Below, piece after piece: positions 39,681 through 54,079 of a DNA stretch of 64,000 nt. Below the pieces are notes generated by a model that did not search any database, was not told where the DNA came from, and was given only the letters and a program-made list of their open reading frames with translations. The DNA is from Octopus vulgaris (taxonomy: Eukaryota), in assembly GCA_951406725.2 (NCBI GenBank), contig OX597814.1, positions 30,256,001-30,320,000 on the forward strand, given 5' to 3'. The first letter of the stretch is position 1; each line of letters starts with the position of its first letter. The translations under genes and the position numbers were made by a program.

Positions 39681-40794
39681 TTGTGTGTGTGTGTATGCGT
39701 GTGCATGTATATATATATATATATCTATATATCGTCAGTGTATCACATATACATACATACATACATACATACATACATACATACATACATACATACATAC
39801 ATACATACATGTGTGGTATGTGTGTAAATGAGTTTCAAGTCGTTCGTGATTGCTATTGGTAGAATTTAACGCAGCACATCCTGTTGTATGACCACGTAGT
39901 CACTAACTAAACTAGCAATCCTACCAAGTATGCTTGATGCATCCTGTAATTTGAAAAACAAGATTTTCCTACTCGTCAGCAAAGAAGACCATCACTAGTC
40001 AACGGAGTGTCAGCAATGCTCATGCAGAATTCTGGGTTTAATCGGGCATGTACAACAACTTACAAAGTTCCAACGTTCTGTTAGCATGATCCAGAAACGA
40101 ACTGAAGAATGAGACTTTGTGTCAATAAAGGTTACAGTCTCGTGGATAGAGTAAGAGAGAATTATGAACTTTAGCTGTCACTGGGGAGACCCAAATGGTA
40201 AAGCCCATCCCCTGTAGAGCGGGATTTATATCAGGGTAAGATAAGGGGTATCAGCGGTTTTACAGTTTGTAAGACACCAAGCCGGAATTCAAGTTTCTGC
40301 GCTATTTCTTATGTAATTGTTGTGCCCAAACTGGATTCAGTCGCTGTTTTAATAGGTATCGTTTTTGTTAAGCTGGATTTCTGGCAAACTTTCCCACCTG
40401 GCTAGCCTGGAATAGGATGTGTCAGTTTGGCAGCCAACACCCCGAACACGTGACAAGTACAGGATTACACGTTCCTTGTAATGCTCACGAACGACATGAC
40501 GCATATACATACGTAATACATTTATGAACACGAACACACGTACAATAACAGAATAACTTCAAACTCAAAGAGCTGTCTTGGCATGAGTAAAAGAGCCCTT
40601 ACTACCTGGTTAGTGATTGGACTGAATTATACAAAAGGAAAAAAAAAATTAAAATAAATGCTGAAGGAAATATACATACACAAGTCTCTTTTCTATCATA
40701 AATCCATTATCTTTAAAAAGTACACTTTAGATAACAAAGTCCTAGATGAAACTCTTGAGCCAATGCTCGGTTATGACCAAGTTAATACCGCTAA

Positions 40795-41368
40795 GCGCGC
40801 CGGGCGAAATGCTTAGCGGTATTTAGTCTGCCGTTACATTCTGAGTTCGAATTCCGCCGAAGTCGACTTTGCCTTTCATCCTTTCGGGGTCGATAAATTA
40901 AGTACCAGTTACGCACTGGGGTCGATGTAATCGACTTAATACCTATGTCTGTCCTTGTTTGTCCCCTCTGTGTTTAGCCCCTTGTGGGTAATAAAGAAAT
41001 AGGTATTTCGACTGCGTTACGTTCTGAGTTCAAATTCCGCCGAGGTCGACTTTGCCTTTCATCCTTTCGGGGTCGATAAATTAAGTACCAGTTACACACT
41101 GGGGTCGATGTAATCGACTTAATACCTTTGTCCGTCCTTGTTTGTCCCCTCTGTGTTTAGCCCCTTGTGGGTAATAAAGAAATAGGTATTTCGACTGTCG
41201 TTACGTTCTGAGTTCAAATTCCGCCGAGGTCGACTTTGCCTTTCATCCTTTCGGGGTCGATAAATTAAGTACCAGTTTCGCACTGGGGTCGATGTAATCG
41301 ACTTAATCCCTTTGTCTGTCCTTGTTTGTCCCCTCTATGTTTAGCCCCTTGTGGGCAATAAAGAAATA
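40795..41368 (+). mobile_element. SINE family B trimer
   Basis: Three body-tail units with the same junction; flanked by tat(g/a)accaagttaata. Confidence 0.88.
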
Positions 41369-42360
41369 TATAACCAAGTTAATATGTGTAATTTGCTATA
41401 ACTCAAAATATCTTATATCATGGAATAGAAAATCTATGAAATAATAAAACGCATTGAGTCCGCCGACGTTTTATCTCTTACCCCCTTTGTTCTGTCTCCC
41501 GTCTATGACATTTCTATTGCTTCTATTCAGAAAAAAAGCAACAGTCTTAGATAAAATGAAAGTTAAACGTTGTGGTAAAACACCAGCAAACAGAAAGTTG
41601 ATAAATAAATTACTTGTGAAAAGACCCCAGAGAAAATGAGCATTTCCTTTGTGAAACTGAAAACGGTACGTTATATTCCAAGCTCACCGTCTCTGCTACT
41701 CAGATCCAACTTTCTCCTGTGATCTAACGAACCGTATTACTACCGCTCAAGTCTAACTAATATATGTATACTCAGGTCTAAATAATACATGTTCATCCCA
41801 CGAAACCCACACTAAACATATTGTTCACACTATACTATAAAGTGATTCAATATTCTAGAACTCACAACGTGTTTTAAGTTATTGCCCCTGGGATCATTCA
41901 GCATAATTTCAAACTGAACATCAGTTACATTTACCGCATTAAGACAGAGATTTGAACTTGTGACTTAAAAAGCCTCAAATAATTCCTGCAAAGCATTTTG
42001 TTCGACACTCTACCTTCTCAACCTGCATCTGCCAAATATCAAATATTTCTTCTCTGAACTGCATTGCATAATTCCAATTTTAACTGAGATTTCTGTACCT
42101 CGGCAGAATCGTTAATGCTGGAAAATACGTTGCAGAATTTCTTTTGTCTCTTTACGTCCAGTGTTCAAATCTCACGGTGCCCAATTTTGCTTTTCATTCT
42201 TTCGAGGTCGATAAACTAAAGAACCAGTTAGGTACGGGTGTCGATAGTATAAATATATCATAACACTATCTCCACCAAATTGCTGGACTTGTCCTCTAAA
42301 TTATTTGTGCGTGGTAAGAAGCTTGCTTCCCAACCACACGAAAGCTGAAAGATGCCCATC

Positions 42361-42410
<50 letters not shown>

Positions 42411-42546
42411 GAGCAAAATGCCCCCCCTCTCCAATGGATGGTGCTGAGTTGTCAAACATTTAAACCAAATTTTCCCAAAACAACTTAACCGACCGTCCCA
42501 TAGGCCTCCCCTTTGAGAAACACTGATTTAACCTAAATTTGAGACA

Positions 42547-42970
42547 CTAGCAAAAGAAGAAATAAAGATAGACTTTTTTCCTGTTCCAAAGAAAAACGAT
42601 TTTATTCACACAAATATGCAACCGGAGAGTTTAAAGTACCAGTAATGATAAGGCTGTTGACTGGGAGAACACAAACATGGTTTAAACAGTAAGCTTGGCA
42701 GGAAAGAAATGTGCCTTTAAGCAGTACAAAAACAACAAAAAATGGAAGGTGCATTTATGTACAGGTTCACGGAAGAAAAGCAGGACAAAAACGGCTTTAT
42801 CGATCTCATTCTCACCTGGAATCGATTTTTATAATATTTTCAAGACTTATACACGCCCTGATACCCTCGGTATTTACATATCAAATCTGAGCGCAATCGG
42901 ATGGAGGATGCCCGAGATTCGAGAAGACACACAAACAGACAGACAGACAGAACGGATTTCATATAATAGA
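42547..42970 (-). mobile_element. Probable degenerate non-autonomous Helitron
   Basis: aCTAG at the left end, (ACAG)n and atataataGAt at the right end as in the other copies; hairpin not visible. Confidence 0.45.
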
Positions 42971-43701
42971 TATACATGTGTGTGTGTGTGCCTTTGTGTT
43001 TATGCTTGTTTCCCACCACTTGTTGATAAACCATTGTCACTCACGTAACTTAGCGGTTCAGCAAAAGAAATTAATAAAATAAGAACCAGGCTTTAAAAAA
43101 ATTAATATTATGGTCGATTGATTTGTTTAAAAAATTCTTGAAAGCGGTGTCGCACCAGGCCTCAGTCTAATGACTGAAACAAGTAAATGATAACAGACAA
43201 AGGAATGGCAATGAAGTGGCATAATCGGTCTACCGATTCCGTCGATACCACGCAGTATTTTATCCCCACCTCTTTGCGTTTAGAGTTCAAACAACTCAAG
43301 GATCAGATTGGTCTTACATCCTTTTGTGGTTAAAAAAAATAAAGTAGCAGTTAGGTATTAGAATCGATATAATCGACTAACATTTCGTCTCAAATTTCAG
43401 ACCATGTACCTAAATTAAGATGGTAGAATTATTTGAGAGCGATTGTTCGTATATTGGGTTCCTTAGAGACAGGTCTTGAAATTTACCACCCCCACCGGGC
43501 ACCTAAACCTACACAGGTTTATAAACAGCAAACCCAAAAGTGCTGCTCCCCCTAAAATAATCGCCCGAGACGAACCGCCCCTGCACCTCTACCACTTCAC
43601 CTGCATTTACGCTACAGAGGAACACCAGATTAACAGTGTGTGAGGGGGGTGTATTAGAAGGTCTACGTCTGAAGTTATATTGGACACTTATTTAATTAAA
43701 C

Positions 43702-43705
<4 letters not shown>

Positions 43706-43763
<58 letters not shown>
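43706..43763. repeat. (GA)n microsatellite
   Basis: Seen directly. Confidence 0.95.
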
Positions 43764-43767
<4 letters not shown>

Positions 43768-43809
43768 CAGGTAAGGCAATACGAGAATGATTCGAACACG
43801 GAATAAAGA

Positions 43810-44860
43810 GAGGGATGACCTTTTTAACTGGTTGAAATCCTTCATTCTCAGCCGAAAGAAGGTAGTCACAGTTCTAGGACAGCACTCTACACCATATGAG
43901 ATGTCATCGGGTGTACCACAGGGATCTGTCCTTGGTCCCCTCTTGTTTGTGGCATACATTAATGATATAGATGCCAATTTAAAGAATGCCACAGTATTGA
44001 AATATGCAGACGACATCAAGCTGTACCTTGAAATCAAGAGGACAGATCCTGATGTCTACAACTCTTTCCTGCAATCAGACCTAGACACAATACAGCAATG
44101 GATCACAGACTGGCAACTGAAACTGGCTGTGGACAAGTGTACCACCATGCATTTTGGGAGAAAAAACCCTGCGTCCACATACTCCCTCCACAACACTGAT
44201 ATCAAGAAATCCTCTTGCGAGCGTGACCTAGGCATCACTTTCAGCAGTGATTTGCGTTGGACAAAGCATATCTCTAAAATTGTCAAGGCATCACTCAGCA
44301 AGACTTTTGTTAGCCGCTCTCCAGCCATCTATTTAAAACTGTATACAGCTATGGTACGACCACACTTGGAATTCGCATCATCAGTTTGGAACCCCTATCT
44401 TGCTCAGAACATTGACCTCCTGGAATCTGTCCAGAGACGTGCAACCAAACGCATACCCTCCATCAGACACCTACCATATTCTGAGCGCCTTGTTTCCCTG
44501 GGCATGGATTCACTGAAGCTCCGGCGTCTGGCGACGGACTTGGTAAACACCCACAAAGTTATCAACCACCTCACCAACAACAACACTGAACACCTTTTTG
44601 ATCTCCATGTGTCTAACACACGTGGACATGCCTACAAAGTCAGAAAACAACACAGCTCCCATGACTTTCGGAAACATTTTTTCACGCTCAGAGTTGCTGA
44701 AGCATGGAATAAACTGCCTGCGTCAGTTGTTGACTGCCGTGACACTGCATCCTTTAAGGCCCTCATGCTTTCCGAAATCCGCCGAAACTACACCTGATTA
44801 TATATACACTTTAGATGAGTTGTAGTGCATCTGAGCACTGTACACAATTATTATTATTAT
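43810..44860 (+). mobile_element. 5'-truncated CR1-like LINE (RT C-terminal half)
   Basis: SGVPQGSVLGPLLF, KYADD, RDLG, RPHLEFASSVWNP, WNKLP; stop at 44797; short (ATT)n tail. Confidence 0.9.
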
Positions 44861-45204
44861 AAAATGCATGTTTTTTTTTTTTGAATCCGCCTTTTCCAAC
44901 AACCACTGAAATAATATTGTTTCATTTGTGTACAAACTACTCCACCAAACAACTCGATATGGCTACATCCGTATCAAGGTTTACAAATAACTTACACAAT
45001 GGCAACAAAGATTAAGAAAATCAAATTTTTAGAGTCATTTGTATTGTTTGGCTTTAGATAAGCTTCGCTTCAGCAAATCAGTACAAGTAATAAAAGTAGG
45101 CCAATAGATTTATGGGTCTATGAAAGCAGTTATGGTGTCTCTGTTTACCTTAGTGTTATCTCTTAGAAATAGCACTCGGATATTTATCATATGATATTAG
45201 ATAC

Positions 45205-45850
45205 TTGTTTCTACTAATAGGTACAAGGCCTGAAATTTTGGGGAGGAGATTATCGATTACATCGATCCCAGTACACAACTGGTACGTTTATCGAGCCTGA
45301 AAGGATGAAAGGTAAAGTCCACCTCGGCCGAATGTGAACTCATAACGTAGCGACCGGTGAAATACCTATTTCTTTACTGCCCACAAGGGGCTACACACAG
45401 AGGGGACAAACAAGGACAGACAAACGGATTAAGTCGATTATATCGACCCCAGTGCGTAACTGGTACTTATTTAATCGACCCCGAAAGGATGAAAGGCAAA
45501 GTTGATCTCGGCGGAATTTGAACTCAGAACGTAGCGGCAGACGAAATACCGCTAAGCATTTCGCCCGGCGTGCTAACGACTCTGCCAGCTCGCCGCCATT
45601 TTAAATACCTATTTCTTTAATACTCGCAAGGGGCTAAACACAGAGAGGACAAACAAAATCAGACAAACGGATTAAGTCGATTATATCGACCCTAGTTCGT
45701 AACTGGTACTTATTTAATCGACCATGAAAGAATGAAAGGTAAAGTCCAACTCGGCGGAATGTGAACTCAGAACGTAGCGACGGGGGAAATAACCGCTAAG
45801 CATTTCGAAAGGATGAATGGCAAAGTCGATGCCGGCAGTATTTGAACTTA
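45205..45850 (-). mobile_element. Cluster of SINE family B units
   Basis: Dimer plus an adjacent monomer in reverse orientation. Confidence 0.8.
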
Positions 45851-46210
45851 GAACATAAAGTCCGAAGAAATGCTGCTAAGCAATTTTCCCGGTACGGTAA
45901 CAAGTCTGTGAGCCCAACAATGGAAGGTGGAATTTGCAATAATTTTGCTAATTCCGTTGATCTATCAGTTCTCCTAAAATCGTATCGGCTTTACGTGCGC
46001 GCGCATACACACATACACACGTTGAGAGAGAAAGAGAGAGAGGGCGAGGGAGGAAAAGAGAGAGACGAAAGGGAGAGAGAATAAAATTCAGGAAAGTATT
46101 AATTCCACATAATTAAACTGTGCCCAACAGCTGTTTCCGAGGCATAAAACATCATTATTTACATAAATTTATAACTAAAATAATCAATTAATCAAATAAT
46201 CAATAATCAA

Positions 46211-46666
46211 GGCGTAGGAGTGGCTGTGTGGTAAGTAGCTTGCTACTCAACCACATGGTTCCGGGTTCAGTCCCACTGCGTGGCATTTTGGGCAAGTGTC
46301 TTCTGCTATAGCCCCGGGCCGACCAATGCCTTGTGAGTTGATTTGGTAGACGGAAACTGAAAGAAGCCTGTCGTATATATGTATATATGTATGTATGTGT
46401 GTATATATGTTTGTGTGTCTGTGTTTGTCCCCTTAGCATTGTGTGCCTGTGTTTGTCCCCCTAGCATTGTGTGTCTGTGTTTGTCTCCCTAGCATTGCTG
46501 GCGTGTTTACGTCCCCGTCACTTAGCGGTTCGGCAAAAGAGACCGATAGAATAAGTACTGGGCTTACAAAGATTAAGTCCCGGGGTCGATTTGCTCGACT
46601 AAAGGCGGTGCTCCAGCATGGCCGCAGTCTAATGACTGAAACAAGTAAAAAAGAGTAAAAAGAGTA
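46211..46666 (+). mobile_element. SINE family A with an internal triplication of about 28 bp
   Basis: Family A sequence; tgtgtgtctgtgtttgtcccctagcat x3 at about 46412-46496. Confidence 0.85.
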
Positions 46667-47116
46667 ATTAATTCAAAAGTGATGCATTACCCATATCGTA
46701 GGGAGAAAAAGTGTTAATCTGGCAAGCGTTATTGATCTAAATACAAAGGAAACAGAAAGACAGGGAGAACAAAACGAAACGAATGTACTGGAGTTTAACG
46801 ATGCGTTATTAACCAAGCTGTTAAGGTTGAGCTGGCAGAGTCGTTAGCACACCAGGCACTATGCTTAGCGCCATTTCGTCCGTCCTTACGTTCTGAGTTC
46901 AAATTCCGCCGAATTCGACTTTGCTTTTCATCTTTCCGGGATCGATAAAATAAGTACCAGTTAAGCACTGGGTCGATATAATCGACAAGCCCCCTCACTT
47001 CCCCGATATTGCTGGCCTTGTGTCTATTGTAGAAAGGAATATTAATGGAGCTTTTAATTACCGGGGATATATTTTTCTTTATGCTTATACATTACCTACA
47101 TATATATATATAAAAA

Positions 47117-47533
<417 letters not shown>

Positions 47534-47576
47534 TTGAAAGAATGGAGTTGAACGACGATTTAACAAAATTCCTTTA

Positions 47577-47659
47577 TTCTCGACATATGTTTCGAAGGCT
47601 GCATATTCCTAATTTCGAAGGAATAAGGGGTGCATTATGCCGCCTTCTCATCAGGAAAA
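47577..47659 (-). ncRNA. Type I hammerhead ribozyme with extended stem II
   Basis: ttttc-CTGATGA-gaaggc...gccttc-GAAAcatatgTC-gagaa; intact core, GUC triplet. Confidence 0.82.
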
Positions 47660-48589
47660 ACAAGGAACTTATGTCAGCATCAAGATGAACAAAAACTCTT
47701 AGATGACTGCCCACACGGAGTCCATAGCGATAATGAGTGTTTCTTTAAAATATTCCGTTATAAGCAATGATGTCAAAAATGGTTGAATGTAGAAGATTCT
47801 AGAAAGTTCAAGGGTTCAAACAAGGTTGGAGGGGAGAGATCTAAGAATAGGAAGGTGATAGGGTGCAAGTCATATGAATGGTGATGTGTTGTTTGCTTTT
47901 GTGATTGAGTGCCTATGTGTGTGTATGTATATAACTGCATTCGTGTCTATGTGTGTGTATGTGTGTGCGTGATTGTGTGTGTGGTTGGGTAGATGCCAAA
48001 AGCAAACAGTGGTGAAGTGACAGGTTTGTGTCTGTGTGTTTGATTGTGCTTACGATAGAGAGAGGGAGAGAGAGAGGGGAGGGCGAGGCAGAGAGACAAA
48101 GGTAAAACATATCTCAACGAATTTGGTAGTAGTCCTTTATGAGTATAAAAATTTGTCTATGGGGGTGATGTATAAATGGAACCAAATTAATAAAATTCAA
48201 GGAGGTTATCTATATTAATCATCATTCATATGAGTGAAAGGTATGTTTCTGCCAGTGCATGCACCTATGGGATTTTTTAACCAGTGTATTAACTAAAGGG
48301 AATTTGGCGAGCAATATATGGAAAAGTTCGGAATTACAGACGCCACAAAATTTTCTGCCCTTATCAAACGGAAAGGATACAGACAATATGGACCATTCCA
48401 GCTTGAAAGTTATATTGCTGTCCTTAAGACGCCAAACTAATTTACTTAGTCCTGTGCTTTGTTGTTTTCTCTTATCTCGGAAAGTTGAATAATGATTGGA
48501 GATCCTCTGGGATAATTTAGAAGTAGTTGCCCCAATGTAGAAGAAGACATCAGTACCGGAAGAAACTTATGCTGACATAAGTTCCTTGT

Positions 48590-48672
48590 TTTTCCTGATG
48601 AGAAAGCGGCATAATGCACCCCTTATTCCTTCGAAATCAGGAATATGCAGCCTTCGAAACATATGTCGAGAA
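48590..48672 (+). ncRNA. Type I hammerhead ribozyme with extended stem II (inverted copy)
   Basis: CTGATGA at 48595-48601, GAAA at 48656-48659, catatg-TC; one mismatch in stem II. Confidence 0.8.
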
Positions 48673-49194
48673 TAAAGGAATTTTGTTAAATCGTCGTTCA
48701 ACTCCATTCTTTCATTTATTTGTATTAAAAAAACACACAAATTCCCACACGAAAGCACGTGATCTCTGCCCTTGGCATGTAACTTCAACCGTGTTTTTCT
48801 GACGTGAATTTGCTACCCAGGTATCGGTTAACCGAATTATCCATATAAGATAATTCATTCAACTACTTATATATATATACATACGATAGAAATAGTTGAA
48901 TAGAATAAACGATAGAAAAAGAGAATTACAACGATAAAAATAGTAATAATATTCTTAATAACATAGACCAACCTACCCCCATCTCTAACCTCTCCTTAAC
49001 ATTACTTCCTCCATTCCTGAGAATAATCCCCACAATGCACTACCATGTAACTGCCGCCCTGGGACCATTTGCCCTCTACAAACCTGTTGCTGAAGGTCTA
49101 ACATATTTTACAAATGCACCGTCCTCAACACGCTATGCAATTGTACAACCTTATATATAGAGTCAACTATATATATGTTTATCCTATATATATC

Positions 49195-49244
49195 GTCTCT
49201 GATGAAGGGATATCGACAAAATATCCTAGAAACAGCTCTAAGAC
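49195..49244 (+). ncRNA. Hammerhead ribozyme motif with a stem III point change
   Basis: gtct-CTGATGA-agggatat..atatcct-a-GAAAcagctcTA-agac. Confidence 0.65.
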
Positions 49245-49422
49245 TGCCTTTCTCTTTATAATATCCTATAAATTCCACACAGCCTTGGCTTTGTTGTCTC
49301 ATTTTATTTAACACGCGCACACACACACATATATAAAATACTAATTATTATTATTAATAAGACGATTTAGTGTCTATTTCTCAGCATATAAGCTAGAAAA
49401 TTTTCTTTCTAAGCCCTAATTA

Positions 49423-49463
<41 letters not shown>

Positions 49464-49485
49464 TTATATATAAATTTTTATATAT

Positions 49486-49709
49486 AAATTTTTTCAGAAT
49501 GAGATAAAAATCCAAGGCTGTGAAAGATTTTAGAATATTTATAAATAGGTCTTACTGCTGTTTCCAGGATATTTTATATATCCCTTCATCTCACACCGTC
49601 TTCGATGAAGAGGTATATAAAATATCCTGGAAACAGCTGTAAGACCTATTTATAAATATTCTAAAATCTTTCACAGCCTTGGATTTTTATCTCATTCTGA
49701 AAAAAATTT
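49486..49709. repeat. Near-perfect hairpin with arms of about 105 bp, made of two HHR-bearing pseudo-LTRs
   Basis: Arms reverse-complementary around a 13-nt spacer (49591-49603); gatgaag...ggaaacagctgtaagac in each arm with a damaged 5' core. Confidence 0.8.
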
Positions 49710-50548
49710 TTTATGTATACATATGCTGATATATGACCTACGTTGGACTCTTTATTCGCATAATCACAGAACCTGGAGCTTAACTATAGTCTGTCCATAG
49801 CACTTACTCACCATTACATGACACCTTTGGGTCTTATTGACACAATTACCTCACATAACACACACACACACATATATATATATATACATATATATATAAG
49901 TTCAGTAAATATTTAGATTTCCAAGCGGTCGAAACATTAATTGAAGGCACCAAAATTTAGTATGGTATTATCCATACAATTTAAGATAAGGTGATTATAA
50001 TCAAAATAAGCAACAAGGGTAGACAAAAATAGAAATGAGCATTACACTTCGCTTGGTTTCAACTGATACTCCGATACAAAGTTTTGATTTCAGAAGTTTA
50101 TCTAGAAATTGGGGAAAAGAAAATTATCACTTCACCCTACACACACACACACACACAGAGTCTGTAGTAATAAGCTCAGTATCACCTCAATATACTGTCT
50201 TAGACATCTTTTGTTTCACAGTGTAGTTATATTTATGTTTCATATGTTGAGTATTAAGGGCTTTTGATATACATTATGTATAATTAAGGCGACGAGCTGG
50301 CAGAAACGTTAGGACGCCGGGCGAAATACTTAGCGGTATTTAGTCTGCCGTTACGTTCTGAGTTCAAATTCCGCCGAGGTCGACTTTGCCTTTCATCCTT
50401 TCGGGGTCGATTAAATAAGTACCAGTTACGCACTGGGGTCGATATAATCGACTTAATCCGTTTGCCTGTCCTTGTTTGTCCCTTCTGTGTTTAGCCCCTT
50501 GTGGGTAGTAAAGAAATAGGTATTTCATCTGTCGCTACTCTCTGAGTT

Positions 50549-53500
50549 AGCAGGTGAGGATACACTGGGAGCTGCAGTCGTGAACCCACACACAGGCGGC
50601 TCAGGACATGTGGTCGCCCCTCACTGAACTGAGGAAGCAGTGGAGTCCGGCAGCCTCCTGAGTGACCGAGCAGCCCTCTTCAGGATCGTTCTGCTCGCCT
50701 CCGCAGCATGAGGACGGGGCTAGAAAAGGTTGCTCTAAACATAGCCTGCCTCACCTCACCCTGGTCAGCAAACCGCGGCTGGTGGGGATCCTTTCCAAGC
50801 GGTCGAAACAAAGAAAGAAAACGAACAAAGGTGCTCACTTTCGCAACTTGGAACGTGAGAACTCTGCTTGACAACACCAAAGCGGACAGACCAGAGAGAC
50901 GAACTGCCCTGGTGGCCAGAGAACTGAGCCGATACAATGTCGATATCACAGCACTGAGCGAGACCCGCCTTGCGGACAAAGGCCAGCTGACAGAGACAGG
51001 CGGCGGCTACACTTTCTTTTGGAGTGGTCGCAGCGGCGAAGAGTGTCGTGAGGCTGGTGTTGGTTTTGCCATCAAGTCAGTATACGCGCGGAAACTGGAA
51101 AGCTCTCCCGAGGGTATCAACGATCGGCTAATGAAGATGCAGCTCCCACTTGGAAACAAGACTAGTGCGACCATCATCAGCGCTTACGCCCCCACCATGA
51201 CCAACCCTGAAGAAGTTAAGGACAGGTTCTATGAGGAACTCGACTCCCTCATCACGTCAGCCCAGCCTGGGAAGCTCATCCTCCTTGGGGACTTTAACGC
51301 CCGTGTCGGGACTGACCACCAAGCCTGGCATCGCGTACTGGGAAAGCAAGGAATCGGAAAGCGCAACAACAACGGGCAGCTCCTCCTGCGGGCGTGCGCC
51401 TCTCATGATCTTACCATCGCCAACACCTTGTTCCGTCTGCCAACACGCAACAAGACATCATGGATGCATCCACGCTCCAAACACTGGCATCTGATAGATT
51501 ACGTCATCGTCAGGGCGAAAGACAGGCGGGACGTGAGGCTGGTCAAAGCCATGTGTGGAGCTGATTGCTGGACGGACCATCGCTTCATCATCTCCAGGAT
51601 GGATTTCTACATCCAACATAAGAGAAGACCACAGGGTCAGAAAGTGACGAGGAAGCTTAACATCACGAAATTAAAGAACCAGCTGACTGCACAAGATCTC
51701 CAGTCACGTATGGACAGCAAGCTGTTGGACATTCGGAATAACCAGTCCAGCATCGATGAGCAGTGGGAATCATTCAGGGACATGGTTCATTCCATCGCCC
51801 TTGATACTCTAGGCCAAGTTACGAGGAACCACCAGGTCTGGTTCGACGAAAACGACCAGGAAATCCAAAATCTCCTGGAAGAGAAACACCAAAATGACAC
51901 CACCTGCACGGCAAAGAAGGCTGCTTTCAACAACATTCGCAGCACAGTCCAGGCAAAACTCCGCCTCGTGCAAGACGCCTGGTTAAGCGCCAAGGCGGAT
52001 GAGATTCAGGGATACGCAGACAAACGCGACACCAAGAAATTCTACGAGGCGCTGAAAGCTGTCTATGGACTGCAGTCCTCCTTTGGATCAACCACCCTGC
52101 TCAGCTCGGATGGAACCTCAGTCCTGACTAACAAGAGGCTGATCCTGGAGAGATGGGCGGAGCATTTCAACATCGTGCTCAACCGACCAGCCCAGATCAA
52201 CGAGGAAGCCATCGCACGACTCCCCCAGGTACCGACAAACCACGAGCTGGCTGTTCCCCCTGCAGTCAAGGAAGTGAGCAGAGCCATCAAAAAAATGTCC
52301 ACCGGCAAAGCTCCAGGCTCTGACGCCATTCCTGCAGAGGTGTTCAAGTCGGGCGGCCCCACCATGATCAGTCAGCTCACCAGCCTGTTCCAGTCGATGT
52401 GGGACAGGGAACAACTCCCTCAAGATTTCCGGGACGCAACAATCGTCCACATTTATAAGCGGAAAGGAGATCGGCAGTCCTGCGACAACCACCGAGGAGT
52501 CTCCCTCTTGTCCATAGCAGGCAAGATCCTGGCCCGAGTCCTGCTTGACCGCCTTCTGGAACACTTAGAGCAAGGCCTTCTCCCTGAGAGCCAGTGTGGC
52601 TTCCGCGCGGGTCGAGGGACCACTGACATGATATTCGCCGCCCGCCAGCTCCAGGAGAAATGCATGGAGCAGCACCTTGACCTCTACATGACCTTTGTTG
52701 ACCTCACCAGGGCTTTCGATACAGTCATTCGGGAGGGACTCTGGAAGGTCATGGGAAAATTTGGTTGCCCCAGCAAATTTATTGCAATTGTCCGCCAGTT
52801 CCACGACGGAATGACAGCCAGAGTCCTTGAAGACGGCAACTCATCTGAAGTCTTCCAGGTGACCAACGAAGTCAGGCAGGGTTGTGTCCTGGCCCCAACA
52901 CTGTTCAGCATCATGTTCTCGGCAATGCTGTCCGACGCCTTCAAGGACTGCAAGTCCGGTATCGACATCAAGTACAGGACGGACGGGAAATTTTTCAACT
53001 CCAGAAGATTGCAGGTCGTCACAAAGGTGAAGGAGACAGTCGTCAGAGACTTTCTCTTTGCTGACGACTGCGCCCTTAACGCAATCGATGAGCAGGAGAT
53101 GCAGCTCGGGATGGACAGGTTCTCATTAGCCTGTGACAACTTCGGTCTCACCATCAGTGCCAAGAAAACCGAAGTGATGTTTCAGCCAGCCCCCGGCAAA
53201 CAATACCATGAGCCTCAGATAAAGGTGAACGGACGGATCCTACGAGCGGTGGAAAACTTCACCTACCTGGCCAGCACTCTCTCCTGCAATGCCAACATAG
53301 ATGCTGAAATCATCAACAGAATCTCCAAGGCAAGCAGCGCGTTTGGGAGACTGTGAAAGAAAGTCTGGGAGCGGAGAGGAATCAGCCTCAACACCAAGCT
53401 GAAAGTCTACCGGGCAGTCGTGCTTACCACCCTACTATACGGCTGCGAGACGTGGACTGCTTACCGAAGGCACGAGCGCTAGATAAACCACTTCCACCTC

Positions 53501-54040
53501 AGGTGTCTTCGGAACCTCCTTCACATCCGCTGGCAGGACAAAGTCCCAAACACGGAAGTTCTGAAGCAGGCAGATCTCCCTAGCACCATCACGATCATGC
53601 GCAAGGCCCAGCTGAGATGGGCAGGCCGTCTCCCGCATGTCCGACACTCGGACATGCTCTTCTACGGTGAACTAAGCCAGGGCAAACGCAAAGTCGGAGG
53701 GTAGAAGAAGCGCTTCAAGGACAGTCTCAAAGTCTCTCTCAAAGACTTCTCCATCGGCACAGAGACTTGGGAGACACTTGCTGCCGACCGCTCATCCTGG
53801 CGCAGCGTAATCACCACAGGAGCAAAAACAGCCGAGCAGAGACGGATTCAGTCAGCAGAACAGAAACGCCAGATGCGGAAAGCCAGAGCCACCTGCACCA
53901 ATAGCACAGCCCCTACCCACTTCTGCCCCACCTGTGCGAGGGGCTTTCTTGCCCGGATTGGCCTCACCAGCCACCTCCGGTCTCATAGCAGCAATTCCAC
54001 CAAATGATGTCAATGGTCATCATCGAACCCAAAGGACGAA

Positions 54041-54076
<36 letters not shown>
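50549..54076 (+). mobile_element. Near full-length RTE-clade (BovB-like) LINE, inactivated
   Basis: APE endonuclease (ATWNVRTL, LSETR, GDFNARVG, IDYV, TDH), RT (QGCVLAP, LFADD), C-terminal CxxC..H..H finger ending at TGA 54005-54007; (ATT)n tail from 54042; 13-bp TSD tac(t/g)ctctgagtt at 50536-50548 and 54077-54089. Confidence 0.95.
50708..54007 (+). pseudogene. RTE ORF (endonuclease + reverse transcriptase) with premature stops
   Basis: 882 aa open frame ends at TGA 53354-53356 after SAFGRL, but homology continues (KKVWERRGISLNTKLKVY...YGCETW); a further TAG near 53702. Confidence 0.9.

Positions 54077-54079
<3 letters not shown>

Noticed and set aside
52063-53163. Antisense ORFs over LINE and PLE coding regions
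   Set aside because: Shadows of GC-rich retroelement ORFs.
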